Source: the human T2T-CHM13v2.0 reference genome, Homo sapiens. Taken from it: a DNA stretch of 64,000 bases. The position numbers and the translations under genes were made by a program. The stretch lies in the NCBI RefSeq assembly GCF_009914755.1, contig NC_060947.1, one strand, 5' to 3'. The number at the start of each line of letters is the position of its first letter. The stretch's first letter is position 1. This document shows, piece by piece, positions 34,240-55,666 of this stretch. Under the pieces are notes generated by a model, which did no database searches, had not been told where the DNA came from, and was given only the letters and a program-made list of their open reading frames with translations.

Positions 34240-34930
34240 TAGCCAGGATGGTCTCGATCTCCTGACCTCATGATCCACCTGCCTCAGCCTCCTAAAGTGC
34301 TGGGATTACAGGCGTGTGCCCGGCCCTGTTTTTCTAATGCATGCACTAAGTGCTAATGAATTTTCCTCTATGCATTGCTTTCATTGATTACCACACATTT
34401 TGAAAAGTTGTATTTTCATTTTCACGTAGTTCAAAATATTTTTCAAATTCCCCTGAAATGTCTTCTTTGATCCATGTGTTCTTTAGAAGTGTGTCTTATG
34501 GCAAAGAAGTGGTCTACCTTGCTGAATGTCCCATGCGAGTTTGAGAAGAATGTGTATTCTATTGTAGGATAAAATGCTCTATAAATGTCAACTAGATCCA
34601 GTTTATTGATGGTTCAACCATATCCTTACTGATTTTCTGCCTGCTGGATTTGTCAATTACTGATGTTGACGTGTTGATGTCTCCAAGTATAATAGCGGGT
34701 TTAGCTCATTCTCCTTGCAGTTATGTCAGTTTTCGCCGCACATATTTGGATACTCTCTCATTAGACACATACACATTAAGGATTGTTCTGTTTTCTGGAG
34801 AATTGACTCCTTTATCCTTATGAAGGGCCCCTCTTTATCCCTAATAATTTTCCTTACTCTAAGGTTTGCTTTGTCTGAAATTAATATAGCTACTCCGGCT
34901 TTCTTTTTCTTTTTCTTTTTTGTTTTTTGA

Positions 34931-35170
<240 letters not shown>

Positions 35171-35198
35171 TAGCCGCCTCAGCCTCCCAAAGTGCTGG

Positions 35199-36081
35199 TG
35201 TGTCTGGAATTTGTTCCTTCCAGTGGGTTCTTGGTCTCGCTGACTTCAAGAATGAAGCCGCAGACCCTCGTGGTGAGTGTTACAGTTCTTAAAGATGGTG
35301 TGTCTGGAGTTTGTTCCTTCAGATGTTCAGATGTGTCCAGAGTGTCTTCCTTCTGGTGGGTTCGTGGTCTCACTGACTTCAGGAGTGAAGCCGCAGACCT
35401 TCGCAATGAGTGTTACAGCTCTTAAAGGTGGCACGTCCGGAGTTGTTTGCTCCTCCTGGTGGGTTTGTGGTCTTGCTGACTTCAGGAACAAAGCCACAGA
35501 CCCCGGCAGTGAGTGTTATAGCTCTTAAAGGTGGCGCACGTCCAGAGTTGTTTGTTCCTCCCAGTGGGTTTGTGGTCTCGCTGACTTCAGGAGTGAAGCC
35601 GCAGACCCTCGCGGTGAGTGTTACAGCTCATAAAGGTAGTGCATACCCAAAGAGTGAGCAGCAGCAAGATTTATTGTGAAGAGCAAAAGAACAAAGCTTC
35701 CACAGCGTGGAAGGGGACCTGAGTGGGTTGCCGCTGCTGGCTCGGGTGGCCAGCTTTTATTCCCTTATTTGGCCCCACTCACATCCTGCTGATTGATCCA
35801 TTCTACAGAGTGCTGATTGGTCCGTTTTATAGAGTGCTGATTGGTCCATTTTACAGAGTGCTGATTGGTGTGTTTTCAATCTTTTAGCTAGACACAGAGT
35901 GCTGATTGGTGCGTTTTTACAGAGTGCTAATTGGTGCATTTACAAGCCTTTAGCTAGACACAGAGTGCTGATTGGTGCATTTTTACAGAGTGCTGATTGG
36001 TGCATTTACAATCCTTTAGCAAGACAGAAAAATTCTCCAAGTCCCCACCTGACCCAGAAGTCCAGCTGGCTTCACCTCTCA
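35199..36081 (-). mobile_element. LTR12 (ERV9) solo LTR inserted into an Alu
   Basis: Minus strand starts TGAGAGGTGAAGCCAGCTGG; about 7 CCAAT repeats; U5 tandem repeats; 4-bp TSD CTGG at 35195-35198 and 36082-36085 splits the Alu motif AAAGTGCTGG|GATTACA. Confidence 0.9.
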
Positions 36082-37908
36082 CTGGGATTACAAGTGTGAG
36101 CCACCGAACCTGGCACAGCTTTCTTTTGATTAGTGCTACTATAGCATAATCTTTCTCCATCCTTTTTCAGAAAAAACTCCTGTCTCCAAATCAAAACCAT
36201 TCTTTTACTTTTGATCCATGTCTTTATATTTTATTTATTTATTTATTTATGAGACAAGGTCTCACTCTGTTGCCCAGGCAGGAGTGCAGTGGCGTGATTA
36301 TGGCTCATTACAACCTCAGCCTCCCTGGGCTCAGGTGATCCTCCCACCTCAGCCTTCTGAGTAGCTGGGACTACAGGCACAGGCCATCCTGCTTGGCTAA
36401 TTTTTATATTAGCAGGGGTTTTGCCATGTTGCTCAGGCTGGTCTTGAAATCTTGAGCTCAGGTAATCTGCCTGCCTCAGCCTACCAAAGTGCTGAAATTA
36501 CAGGTGTTAACTACCACACCTGGCCTGTTTTTGTATTTAAAGTGAGTTTTTTGTAGCCAGTATAGAGTTGGGTCTTGTATTTTTATCCACTCTGAGTGTT
36601 TCTGTCTTTTTTTTCCTCTTCATGCTCATATCATGAAGTTTCTGTCTGTCTTTTAATTTGTGTATTTAGATCATTCACATTTAAAGTGATTATTGATGTA
36701 TTTGGATTAGTGTCTACCATATTTGTAACTATTTTCAATTTGTTGCCTTTGTTCTTGGTTTCTATTTTGTCTTTTACTCTTTTTCTGCCTTCTTTGGTTG
36801 TAATTGAGCTTCTAATTATGATTCCATTTTCTCTCCTCTCTTAGTATATCAGTTATACTTCTTTTTTAAAATTTTATTTAATGGTTTGTGTGTGTGTTTT
36901 CTTTTTCTTTTCTTTTTTTTTTAGGGTAAGGTCTCACTCTGTCACTCAGGCTGGAGTGCAGTGGCACGATCATAGCTCACTGCAGCCTTGACCTGCTGAG
37001 CTTAAGCAGTCATCCTGTCTCTGCCTCCTGAGTAGCTGGCAGTACAGGTACACGCCACCACACATGGCTAATTATACTTCTTAAAAATATTTTTAGTGTT
37101 GCCCTAGTGTTTGCAATATGCATTTACTACTAATCTAAGTTCACTTTCAAATAACACTATATCATTGTATGGGTAGTACAACTATTTTATAACACAGTAT
37201 TCCCAATTCCTCCCTTATAACATTGCTGTCCTTTATAACATTGCTGTCATTCATTTCACTTATCTCTAAACTATAATCACTGAACCCATTGTTTCTATAA
37301 TTAATTTGAACACTGTTATCAGTTAGATCAAATAAGAAAAATGAGATATTTATTTTATTTTACCTTTATCGATGATTTCTCTAATGTTTTTCCTTTCTTT
37401 ATGTAAATTGGAGTTTTTGGTTTTTTTTTTTTTTTGAGTCTCGCTCTTGTCTCCCAGGCTGGAGTACAATGGCGTGATCTTGGCTCACTGCAACTTCCTG
37501 GCTTCAAGTGATTCGCCTGCCTCAGCCTCCCAAGTAGCTGGCACTACAGGCACCTGCTACGACGCCCAGCTAATTTTTGTATTTTTAGGAGAGATGGGGT
37601 TTCACCATGTTGGCCAGGCTGGTCTCAAACTCCTGACCCCAGGTGATCTGCCTGCCTCGGCCTCCCAAAGTGCTGGAATTACAGGCCTGGGCCACTGTGC
37701 CCAGCCGATCATTTTTCTATTCTTTGAAAAACTTTTGGCCGGGCGCAGTGGCTCACGCCTGTAATCTCAGCACTTTGGGAGGCAAGGTGGGCGGATCATG
37801 AGGTCAGGAGTTCGAGACCAGCCTGGCCAACATGGTGAAACCCCGTCTCTACTAAAAATACAAAAATTAGCTGGGTGTGGTGGGGGGGGGTGCCTGTAAT
37901 ACCAACTA

Positions 37909-38043
<135 letters not shown>

Positions 38044-40642
38044 TTAACATCCATTGCAAAGCGGTTATACTGGTGACAATTTCTCCCAGTTTTGTTTGTC
38101 TGAGAAAGTCTTTATCCTCTTGAAGGGTAATATCACTGGGTGCAGAATTCTAGGTTGTTGGTGCTTTTCTTTGAATACCTCTTCTTGCTCCTCTATAGGT
38201 AAGGTATTGTTTTCATCCATCTTCTTTTAAGAGTTTCTCTTTGTCTTTGATTTTCTATAGTTTGAATATGATATGCTTAAATATAGATTATTTTGGTATT
38301 TATTCTACTAGATGTTCCTTGACTATATTGGATCTCTGGTTTGCTCTCTGTATTAACTTTGAAAAATTTTCTGCCATTATTATGTTAATTATTTCTTCCA
38401 TTCCTTTCTCTCTTCTCTCATTATGCATATGTTACACCTTTGTAATTGTCCAGAGTTCTTTGATATTCTGTTTGTTTTTTGTTTCATTATTTTTTCTCTT
38501 TGCTTTTCAGTTTGGGAAATTCCTATTGTCATATTAAGAGCTTTTCTTTTCTTTTCTTATTTTACTTTATTTTTGAGACAGCGTCTCAGTCTGTCATCCA
38601 GGCTGGAGCACAGTGGATTGATCATAGCTCACTGCAGCCCCCAACACCAGGGCTCATGCAATCCTACCGTCTCAGCCACCACACCTGGATAATTTTGTTT
38701 AAGAGATGGGGTCTTGCTATGTTGCCCCCGCTGGTCTCAAACTTGCCTGCAGCAATCCTCCCACTTTAGCCCCATGAAGTGCTGGGCTTACAGGTGTGAG
38801 CCACCGTGTCCAACCCACATATGGAAGTCTATTGTCATATCTTCTAGTGTACTGTTTCTTTCCTGCCTTCTCTAGTCTAACCATAAGCCCATCAGAGCAT
38901 TCTTCAATTCTGTTACTATGTTTGTGATTTGTAGCATTTCTTTTTTAATTTTTTTCTTAGAGTTTTTATCACTCTATACATTACTCATCTTTCTTGCATG
39001 TTATCTGCTCTTTCCAATAGAGCACTTAGCATAATAATCATAGTTATTTTAAATTCCCAACCTAATCATTCTAAAATCTGTGCTGTATTTTAGTTGGGTT
39101 CTGATGCTTGCTTCGTCTCTTCAGAACATGATTTTTTTGAGACAAGGTCTCACTCTGTTGCCCAGGGTGAACTGCAGTGGCATGATCATGGCTCATTGCA
39201 ACCTCCTGGGCTCAAGCGATCTTCCCACCTCAGTTTCCCGAGTAGCTAGGGTCTACAGGCATGTGCCACCATGCCTGGCTAATTTTTCTTATTTTTTGTA
39301 GAGACAAGGTCTCACTATGTTGTCCAGGCTGGTCTAGAACTTCTGGGCTCAAGTGTTTCACTTGCTTTGACCTCCTGAAGTGCTGATATTAAAGGTGTAG
39401 GCCACTGCACCTGGTTCTAGAATATGTTTTTTGAGTTTTAGCAGTCTTATACATTTTTGTTGAAAACCATACATGATGTACTGGGTAGAAAGAACTGAGG
39501 TAGGCTGGGCATGGTGGCTGTGCCTCTCTATTCCCAGCACTTCGTGAGGCCAAGTCAGGAGGCCCACTTGAGGCCAGGAATTCGAGACCAGCCTGGGCAA
39601 TAATATAGTGAGACCCTGTCACTACAAAAAAAGGAAAAATAAAAAAGCACTGAGGTAGGTAGTTCTTTTGTGTGAGGTTTTATGGTTCTCTGGCTAAGAA
39701 TTATGCTGTTTACTGTTGGCCGTAGCTTTAAGTGTCAGAAGCTAAAATTTCTTGTAGGGCCCTTGTCTTTGTCTTCTTTGTTGTCTTTGAGTTTTTCCAG
39801 AGGCTCCTTAAATAGGATCTGAGGCTTGCAGTCTTTTCAGCTGTAATTCACTTATAATCTGTGGTTATTATGCAGGATTCTTACTGATGTGGTGGTAAGG
39901 TTGGGAGGAGCACAAGCATTCTATCATCCCATGATTAGATCTCAGTCTTTCACTGAGCCTGTGTCCCTGGGCTGTGACCTTTACAAGTCCTTCTCAGTGT
40001 CCCCACCCATCCCTTTAGCCTAGATGGAAGGCTAGACAGGGCTGGAGTTTAGTACTTCCTTTCCCTGTGTTTGGTCAGGCTTTGGGGAAACAGAACTTGG
40101 TTAGGCTCTGGTAAAATAGTTTCCTCTCAGGGTAGTCCTTGGCTAGGGAAAACAGAGATCTCTGGGCATATTTCAAAATGATTGCTTTTCTTGTCTACCT
40201 GCTGGAAGCAGAGAGGGATTCCCACCCCCTCCCTTCACAGTGACGACTTGGTGGGGCTTCTGGAGATAAAACTCATGAAAGTGTGGAGTCCCCTTAAAGC
40301 TGCCCCCACCCTTGAAGTTTTAACTCTCTAGATAGGCCATACTGAGCTTCTAGAAGTTCATCAGAACAGTTGTTCCTACAGAGTGTTCCTACTCGTACTG
40401 GCTCCAACTGTGGGTTTCTGCTGATGGCCTTCTACTCTTGGTAAATGGTAATTCTCTGTATCTGCCTGTCTGTCTCTAGTTTTCATGCCTTCCACTGTAA
40501 TTCTCTGATATATCTAGGAAGAGTTATTTTTAGTTTGTTCAGCTTTTTTCTTGTGAGGACAGGAATGATGACTTCCAAGCTCTTTACGTGTTGGACTGCA
40601 AACGCGCAAGTCCTTGTCTTGCTGTTTAAAGTGTGAGAATTT

Positions 40643-46521
<5,879 letters not shown>

Positions 46522-46536
46522 AAAGTGTGAGAATTT

Positions 46537-47142
<606 letters not shown>

Positions 47143-47154
47143 AAAGTGTGAGGA

Positions 47155-47888
47155 ACCAGTTAGAATGGCAATCATTAAAAAGTCAGGAAACAACAGGTGC
47201 TGGAGAGGATGTGGAGAAATAGGAACACTTTTACACTGTTGGTGGGACTATAAACTAGTTCAACCATTGTGGAAGTCAGTGTGGCGATTCCTCAGGGATC
47301 TAGAACTAGAAATACCATTTGACCCAGCCATCCCACTACTGGGTATATACCCAAAGGACTATAAATCATGCTGCTATAAAGACACATGCACACGTATGTT
47401 TACTGCGGCATTATTCACAATAACAAAGACTTGGAACCAACCCAAATGTCCAACAATGATAGACTGGATTAAGAAAATGTGGCACATATACACCATGGAA
47501 TACTATGCAGCCATAAAAAATGATGAGTTCATGTCCTTTGTAGGGACATGGATGAAACTGGAAATCATCATTCTCAGTAAACTATCGCAAGAACAAAAAA
47601 CCAAACACCGCATATTCTCACTCATAGGTGGGAATTGAACAATGAGATCACATGGACACAGGAAGGGGAACATCACACTCTGGGGACTGTTGTGGGGTGG
47701 GGGGAGGGGGGAGGGATAGCATTGGGAGATATACCTAATGCTAGATGACGAGTTAGTGGGTGCAGCACACCAGCATGGCACATGTATACGTATGTAACTA
47801 ACCTGCACAATGTGCACATGTACCCTAAAACTTAAAGTATAATAAAGTAAAAAATAAAAAAATAAAAAAAAATTTAAAAAAAGTAAAT
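47155..47888 (+). mobile_element. 5'-truncated young L1 (L1PA2-like) 3' end
   Basis: TAGATGACGAGTTAGTGG and CCCTAAAACTTAAAGTATAA; TSD AAAGTGTGAGGA (47143-47154) vs AAAGGGTGAGGA (47889-47900). Confidence 0.85.
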
Positions 47889-49611
47889 AAAGGGTGAGGA
47901 TTTTAGACTTCCATGATGTTGTACACTCATCATACACTGCTTCACACAGGGAAAAGGACGTTGTGTTTTCTTTGATAAATAGCAGCTTAATCCACTGTTA
48001 ATTGTTTTAAAGAATCACTTTTCATTTTTATTTTCTTATTGTATTATATGCATCTTATGTTATATATTGCCTTAATTTTTAAGATGACAGAATAAATGGA
48101 TGAATAAATGAATATCAAAAAAGGCAGTTTAAAGCAATGAAATGGAATCTATTTAATTGGTCTGGGTATAAGAACAAATGAGAAATATTTGGTCCATATC
48201 CAATGGTTTAATCTCCTTAATTTTTATCCAGAACTAACCCCGTATCTTTGGCATTTTGCAGAAATAAGGATTCACTTTAATATCACTATGCAATATTTCT
48301 GGATCATAATCCACCTCAGGGAAGGACAGATTTGGTTATGGAGACCTCGGAAGTCCAAGTCTCTATGCTAAATAGACAGCAGAAGAACCAATTTAACAGC
48401 TTTCAATATTTCTGTCTGACTCCCTGTTGGAATTGCAGTTTTGATGTGGTGAGTAGGCGCATAGAATTAATTGGACATTCTTGGAAATATTTTGTGATTC
48501 AAATGAAGAAATAGGAGAATCCTGGATGTTTCCTGGGGTGTTGGGCTTGGGGACCTGGACTGGGGCCAATCACATTGTGAGATGCCCCTCCCAGTCCTGA
48601 CTTTCCCTCCTTCTTAATCAATATTTCAATCCTTTTAAGCCCCAAGATGACCAACTGAGTTAAAAGGCAGGTAGGTGAGTGAGAAAAAGAGAAAAGACAG
48701 CCCCACTGCTTGACCTTGTGATGGGCCTGTAGAATGAGATCTTAGAAATTCATTTGCATATGAACCCTAATTCTGTGTTTCCTTTCTCCTACAAAGCCCA
48801 GTTGACCACAGCCATTTTTTTGTGCCTCACTGGCTAACACTCAGAGGATGCCTTACTCTAGCTCCCCCTTACTACAAAGCTCCCTAAAAGTGAACATCAC
48901 CTCTGGACTCACTCATTGCCATGGATTTCTTTCTCCCCTAGGTTTCCGCAGCCTCCTTTTCCACTTCGGATTTGAAAACATCTTTTGTTTCGTCTTTTTT
49001 TCCCCTTGTTCAAAAAAGAAATGGATAGAGATTCTTCCTTGCTTTCTACCTTGCCTCCATTTTTTTTTTCTTAATCCAGAATTCTTGGGCCTAGCATAGG
49101 AAAAAGTAATGCTCCAAATCTGCACGTCTCATAGTGGCCCTAATTTTATCTGGGTGCTGTGCTTGGGATGAGTCTAGGCACATCAGTTATGGTGCCTATG
49201 CCTAAATGTCACCACTTCAATCTCCTGTGTCCCTTGATTGTGAAAGTAAGAGCGTGTGTACAAGGCACTTTTTGTAAGAGCCTGTGTAGGAGGCACTTTT
49301 TGTATTCCTAGAATCTAAAATACTGGCATGTAAATGTTAGGAATTCACACATTGACTTTAAGATCTACCCTTTGGTTGGATGTGGTGGCTCATGCATGTA
49401 ATTCCAGCACTTTGGAAGGCTGAGGTAGGAGGACTGCTTGAGGCCAGGAGTTTGAAACCAGCCTGGGTAACAAAGCGAGACCTGGTCTCTACAAAAAAAT
49501 AATTTTAAAAAGATCTACCCTTTGTATGGCCGGGGGGGGGGCGGGGGGCGGGGGGCGGTGGATCCAGCCCATTGGTGTGTAGTTGATAATTAAATTTTGT
49601 TCATACCATAG

Positions 49612-50157
49612 TGTTACCGGACGAGGGTGTCCAGGTTCCTGGCGTTTTGAACAAAGAATTGGACAAAACACAGAAACAAAGCAATGAAGCAATGAAGCCA
49701 CAAAAGCAGAGATGTATTGAAAACGAAAAGTACACTCCACAGGGTGGGAGCAGACCCGAGCAGCCACTGAAGGGCCCAGTTACAGAATCTTCGCGGGTCC
49801 AAGTACCCCCTAGAGGTTTTCCATTGGCCACTTGGTGTTCACCTTATGTAAATGAAGTGGTGGCTTGCAATCAGTCTGATTGCAGAGAGCAACCAGTCAG
49901 AGGCTGAGTGAAGTTACAAAGTTACACTCCCATGCAAACGTCTGATTGGTTGCAAAAAGCAACCAATCAGAGATACTTTTAATTTCCCATCTGCCAATGC
50001 AGAAAAATGGGGGTTTGCAAAGGGAGTAGCCACTTGTCCTTTTGTCCTTTTGTTACTTAGGCATGGAAAGTTAGGGTTTTCCTTTCAATTTCGTTTTAGG
50101 AAGTCAGCGTGAAATGGCCTTGGGTTCCCTGCCTCCAGACCTTATTATTCTGCCTCA
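49612..50157 (-). mobile_element. MER51-type ERV1 solo LTR
   Basis: Minus strand begins TGAGGCAG...GGTCTGGAGGCAGGGAACC and ends GGTAACA; CCAAT motifs. Confidence 0.75.
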
Positions 50158-51171
50158 GTTGCACTCAGGGTCCCTGTCCCATAGTTCTGTGCTGATATCT
50201 GAGATATCAAGTGTGATATTGACTGAGGCAAACGACAAATTACCAATTCCAAAACGAATACTAATTGCATAATAACAGTTTCCAAGCTGTTAGTCTGCTT
50301 TCCTAAAAAAGCTAATTTAACACAAGCACAGAACTGGCTCTTGCCCATGGGTTATATTTTCGGTTGGCAGATTTTGCTTTGCAAAAAGATTGGGGGAAAT
50401 GAGGACTGTTGTAGAAGAAGCATACTTGGCCTTTTGTGAAGAGGGTACAAATTGCATCAACCTCTCAAGGCCTGAAAGTGTGAACACAAGGACACTTAAT
50501 ACCTTCAAGAGAGGTCGATTACCTTTCCCAGAGGTAAAATGACCTAGTGCTTTGGCTTGAGTGGGATCCTTGAATTTTCAGCCCTTCGAAGGAGAGTTTT
50601 GTGCAGGATGGAGGTGCTTGAGTGCTGAGGAACTGAACCTGGGTTGGTACGCATTGTCCATAGGATTCAGGGCCCAGGGGAGGGCATGGTCACTAAATGG
50701 CTGATCCTCTCTGGAATGAAACTTTAGAAAGCAAAACGCAAAATTTTTTGATTACTATAGAATGCTGAAGTTACTGGACTCCTCCTGAGATTATGTTCAT
50801 AACTTTTTAGCTGAAACTAACATCTACAAAGACCATCTATCTTGGATGAACCTATTTTCTGGTAACCAGTGTTAAATATTTTTTAATCAAAAATTTAAAA
50901 CTTGCATTAGAATAATTTCTGATTTTCACCTTTTTAAATAGAATTTTTTAAAATATATTTTTTAAAGATGAGGTCTCACTACATTGCCCTGGCTGGTCTG
51001 GAACTTGTGCACTCAAGCAGTCCTCCCACCTCAGCCTCCCAAAGTGCTGGGATTACATGTGTGAGCCACAGTGCCCAGTTTGATTTTTGCCTCTGAAATA
51101 TTTGAAGTATATTTTAAAATACATGCTTTTTGTGGGATTACATTTAGAAGACTTCTCTTTTTTGAAACTTA

Positions 51172-51636
<465 letters not shown>

Positions 51637-52312
51637 TCACTATTCTTTCCCAGACAGCCTGAGCATGAAAAAAAAAAGTTCTGTTAGTGTGTGTCAAATT
51701 GAATGTTGGTGTTAATTGCAGGATTTGTGGGGAGTAGTTGTCCAGCTTTCAATCTCAATATGGCAAAGCCATGTGCTCAACTGTGAACACAGGTTAGAAG
51801 AGGTCAGAACTCAGTCTGATGGTGTCCTGTGGCTTTTATCTTTATAGATCCTGTAGTTCTGTTTTGAGGGTACTTATAACATTGAGGAAGCTGATGTTTA
51901 AAAAGAACAGGTGCCAACATTGGGAAATAAGAAATGTTGGTTTCAAAATTTTCTGGTGAGGATGGCAGTGGGCATGCGCAGGTGCATTCCTAGATGTTCC
52001 CCACTCCCGCCAGGCGCTGGGGGCTCTGGGTAGCAATAACCTCCTCTCTGTGCAGAAGTCCCACATTACATGCAACTGCTTTGTTGACATTTCGTATCCA
52101 CAACTGTGAAGGTCGCAGAGTGAGATAGTGGGCAACACAGCAAAAAAAATGCATGCTTTCCTAAGAAAACAGAGCCTCACTTTACACTGGGAACACACAG
52201 GTGCTGTGAAACTGGACTTTGATTTTTCCCGTGAGAGGAAATTCTGATGGAACTATGGCACTTATCTTAGCAATCACTTCATAGTGCAACCTTGGTGCTC
52301 ACAATTAACCAC

Positions 52313-52612
52313 TTTTTTTTTTTTTTTGAGACAGAGTCTCGCTCCATTGCCCAGGCTGGAGTGCAGTGACACGATCTCGGCTCACTGCAAGCTCCACCTC
52401 CTGGGTTCACGCCATTCTCCTGCCTCAGCCTCCTGAGTAACTGGGACTACAGGTGCCCGCCAACACGCCTGGCTAATTTTTTTGTATTTTTTTTAGTAGA
52501 GACGGGGTTTCATCATGTTAGCCAGGATGGTCTCGATCTCCTGACCTCGTGATCCACCCGCCTCGGCCTCCCAAAGTGCTGGGATTATAGGCGTGAGCCA
52601 CCCCGCCCGGCC
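52313..52612 (-). mobile_element. AluY
   Basis: AluY diagnostics; flanking repeats CACAATTAA(C/G)CA. Confidence 0.85.
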
Positions 52613-53601
52613 CACAATTAAGCATTTTTAATAGCAAATGAAAAGCCTTGCATTTCTAGAGATTGCTCAAAAGCAAAGGCTGTATTGAGAAGAACTTAAT
52701 GCTTTTTAAAAAGTGGGCCTGGCCTCCTTCAGCTCTCCCATTTTTCTTTTTCTTGTTTTCTATTCTGGCAGTTGCACGGGAAGAAGACAGCATGAACAAT
52801 TTACTGCCTGTTCCAGTGAATGATGAGTCTGGATCACTGTTCAGGGGACTGTCTCTTTGCTTTGAGTCCCAATAACCCCAAATATTCCCTTTCTATTTTT
52901 AATTAGCAGGAATTCAAGATCTCTTAAGGATGAAGAGAGCAACAAAATACATTGGAAGTTGTGATTGTCAGTTTTGAGTTGGGGAAGGTGTAATAATATG
53001 CCTTCTGGGCTGGGGATGGGGGAGAAAAGGGAGAACAGCCTCATTCTGGCTTTGGTGGAGTTTCCTCTCATGATTCTTCTGAAGCAGCAGGACCTTTGGG
53101 CCGGAATGGCTCCTATTCTCCTGTGTCCCCCACAAAAAGGGAGGGCAGTGGACAGAATTTGGAGCATGTCGAATCAATGCTTAGCTGTTGCCTTCGCATA
53201 AATACTGAGTAGCCACTTAGGAAGCTTCCCCTAGAGTCCGGAGTTGGGCATGAATGTTCCTATTAGCACGGATGGGGCTCTACTCTGTCTGAAAACACAG
53301 TTCTCTCACTAGGAACTCACCCACCCCATCATGCATATGTATGTGGTCCCAAAGGGTAAGAATGAGGATGGGGTGATGGAGAGCAGAGGAGAAAAAGTAT
53401 GGGTCAGTAAACACACAACGGGTACCTGGAGAACTTCTGTGAAGTGCAGGGCCTATTCATGCTGACGCAGAAAGGTCACCTCATGAAAAGAGGACTCCTC
53501 ACCATTCTGTTTCAATGTCATTCCCTTATAAATACCAATCCATACATTATTAACCCCATTTGATACACACACAGACACACACAAATGGGGCACTGACTTT
53601 G

Positions 53602-53607
53602 TTTATT
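53602..53607 (-). terminator. Poly(A) signal of the homeobox pseudogene
   Basis: AATAAA ~90 nt after the TAA, followed by a GT-rich element (TGTGTGTGTCTGTGTGTG, ~53565-53583). Confidence 0.6.
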
Positions 53608-53697
53608 TGGCATTTGGTGAACTGCTCTTGATGTTGTGCTCCGCACAATTAAAATCTGCCAGAAAAACACTTTGGAAACTGTCATGAAGATAGTACC

Positions 53698-53991
53698 TTA
53701 GAGAAGGGGGACTACAAAATGACGGCTGATGACGGGGGCTCATTCCAGGCCAACTGGGGCCAGGCCAAAGGAAGGCAAGGGCAGACGAGGCATAGGTGGC
53801 ATCGGCAGCCTGAGCAGTGGTGGCTCCAGAAGAGCCCATCTCCAACAGGGCTCTGGAACACGGATGACATGATAGGGCCCATCCAAGATTATGCCTACCC
53901 AGTGGCTCAGGGCGACAGGGCCACTGTCATGTTATTTCTGAACATTAATTAATGTCTCCTGATATCTCCTCTACTTGACTCACCTATTTTT
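53698..53991 (-). pseudogene. 3' part of the same exon: NR*VK*RRYQ...ALSHWVGIILDGPYHVIRVPEPCWRWALLEPPLLRLPMPPMPRLPLPSFGLAPVGLE*APVISRHFVVPLL*
   Basis: Continues the homeodomain after removing the insertion; proline-rich tail and GLAPV..(W)APVI ending resemble ESX1 (from memory); several in-frame stops. Confidence 0.8.
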
Positions 53992-54443
53992 ATTTTTGTT
54001 TTATTTTATTTTTTTGATATATTTAATTTTGTTAACTAAATCTTAAGTTTAAATATTGACAATGTCACACTTGAATTATTGAATATATTTAACTTTATGA
54101 AATATGTTGCTCTAAATATGCATATTTAGTTTAATGTGTATTGTTTTATGTAGATAACTTAGAGATAATTTTGTATTTGTCAGTAATCCTAACCACAGAA
54201 TGTTACAGTTTTCAGTGGCACTAACACTTTCTTCTCTAAGAACATTAAAATAAATGAGCCAACTGGAATAATGCCAACACTTCTAATTATTGGGCCTTAG
54301 GAGTAAATAGATCAATTGAGAACTATGTCTTCTAAAATAGCAAGCTTAGAGATGTGCTCGGATGTGACAGGTGCTTGTTCCTGATGACAAGGGTGAATGG
54401 CCTTGTAGGACTCTTTAAGGAGATTGCACGTTAGCCTAGGTTT

Positions 54444-54963
54444 TGTAATAGCCAGTCTCCAAGATGGTCCTCAGTGATCCTTGCCTGTTGGTATTCATGC
54501 CCTTGTGTAGTTTCCTCCCATATTGAATTAGGGTTGGCCCTCTGTGACCAATAGAATACAGCAGAAGTGATGGTGGGCCTTCCAACGCTGTCATGAAATC
54601 CACTGATGCTTCTGCTTTGGTGTCTTGGATCACTCACTCTGGGAAAAGCCAGCTACAATCCTATGAGGATCCTGAATAACCACTGTAGGAAGGCCCATAT
54701 GGAGAAGAAGGAAGGTGTGCAAGCAACAGCCAGCACCACTTTGCCAGTCACGTGAATTAGTCAGCTTGGAAGTGAATCCTTCAGCCCCACTCAAGCCTTG
54801 AGATGACTGCAGCCCTGGCCAAAATCTGATTGCATCCTTCTCAGAGCAAGAACTTCCAGGCCAAATTCTTCCAAATTTCCTGACCCATAGAAACCATGAG
54901 AAATAATAAATGATTATTGTTTTTCTAACCCACTAAGTTTTAGAATAACATGTTACTGATACA
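54444..54963 (+). mobile_element. MLT1F-type MaLR LTR (inside the transduced segment)
   Basis: TG...CA termini; AGCCAGTCTCCAAGATGG...GGTATTCATGCCCTTGTGTAG; AATAAATG...CCACTAAGTTTT. Confidence 0.7.
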
Positions 54964-55666
54964 GAAGGTATGGAAGTGATGTGACTCATTCAAGGAATTT
55001 TTGTTTTGTTTTGTTTTCGGGTTTTTTATTTTTTATTTTATTCATTTATTTATTTTTTTTGACAGGGTCTCACTCCTGTCATCCAGGCTGTAGTGCAGTG
55101 GTGCAACTATGGCTCACTGCAACCTTGACTCCCTGGGCCCAGGTAATTCTGCTACTTCTGCCTCTCAGGTAGCTGGGACCACAGGTGCACACAACCACCA
55201 TTGGCTAATTTTAAAATTTTTTGTAGAGATGGAGTCTTGCTATGTTGCCAGGGCTGGTCTTGACCTCCTGGGCTCCAGTGAGCCTCCTGCCATGGCCTCC
55301 CAAAGTGCTGGGATTACAGACATGAGACACTGCAGCCAGCCATAGGCCTGGATTTAGAAACAACTCTGCCTGAGGCCAGGCATGATGTCTCACGCCTGTA
55401 ATCCCAGCACTTTGGGAGGATGAGGCAAGAGGATCACTTGAGGTCAGGAGTTCAAGACTAGCCTGGCCAGCATGGTAAAACGCTGTTTCTACTGAAAACA
55501 CAAAAATTAGCTAGGCGTGGTGGTTTGTACCTATAGTCTCAGCTACTCAGGAGGCCAAGGCAGGAGAATCGCTTGAACCCAGGAGGCAGAGGTTGCAGTG
55601 AGCCAAGATCGAACCACTGCACTCCAGCCTGAGCGACAGAGCAAGACTCCCGTCTCAAAAAAAAAG

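Noticed and set aside
35199-35640. ~70-80 bp tandem repeats with several overlapping ORFs
   Set aside because: These are the normal U5 repeats of LTR12.
48262-48455. Exon-like + strand segment ending in GTG|GTGAGT
   Set aside because: Good donor but no recognisable coding homology; cannot be supported without transcript data.
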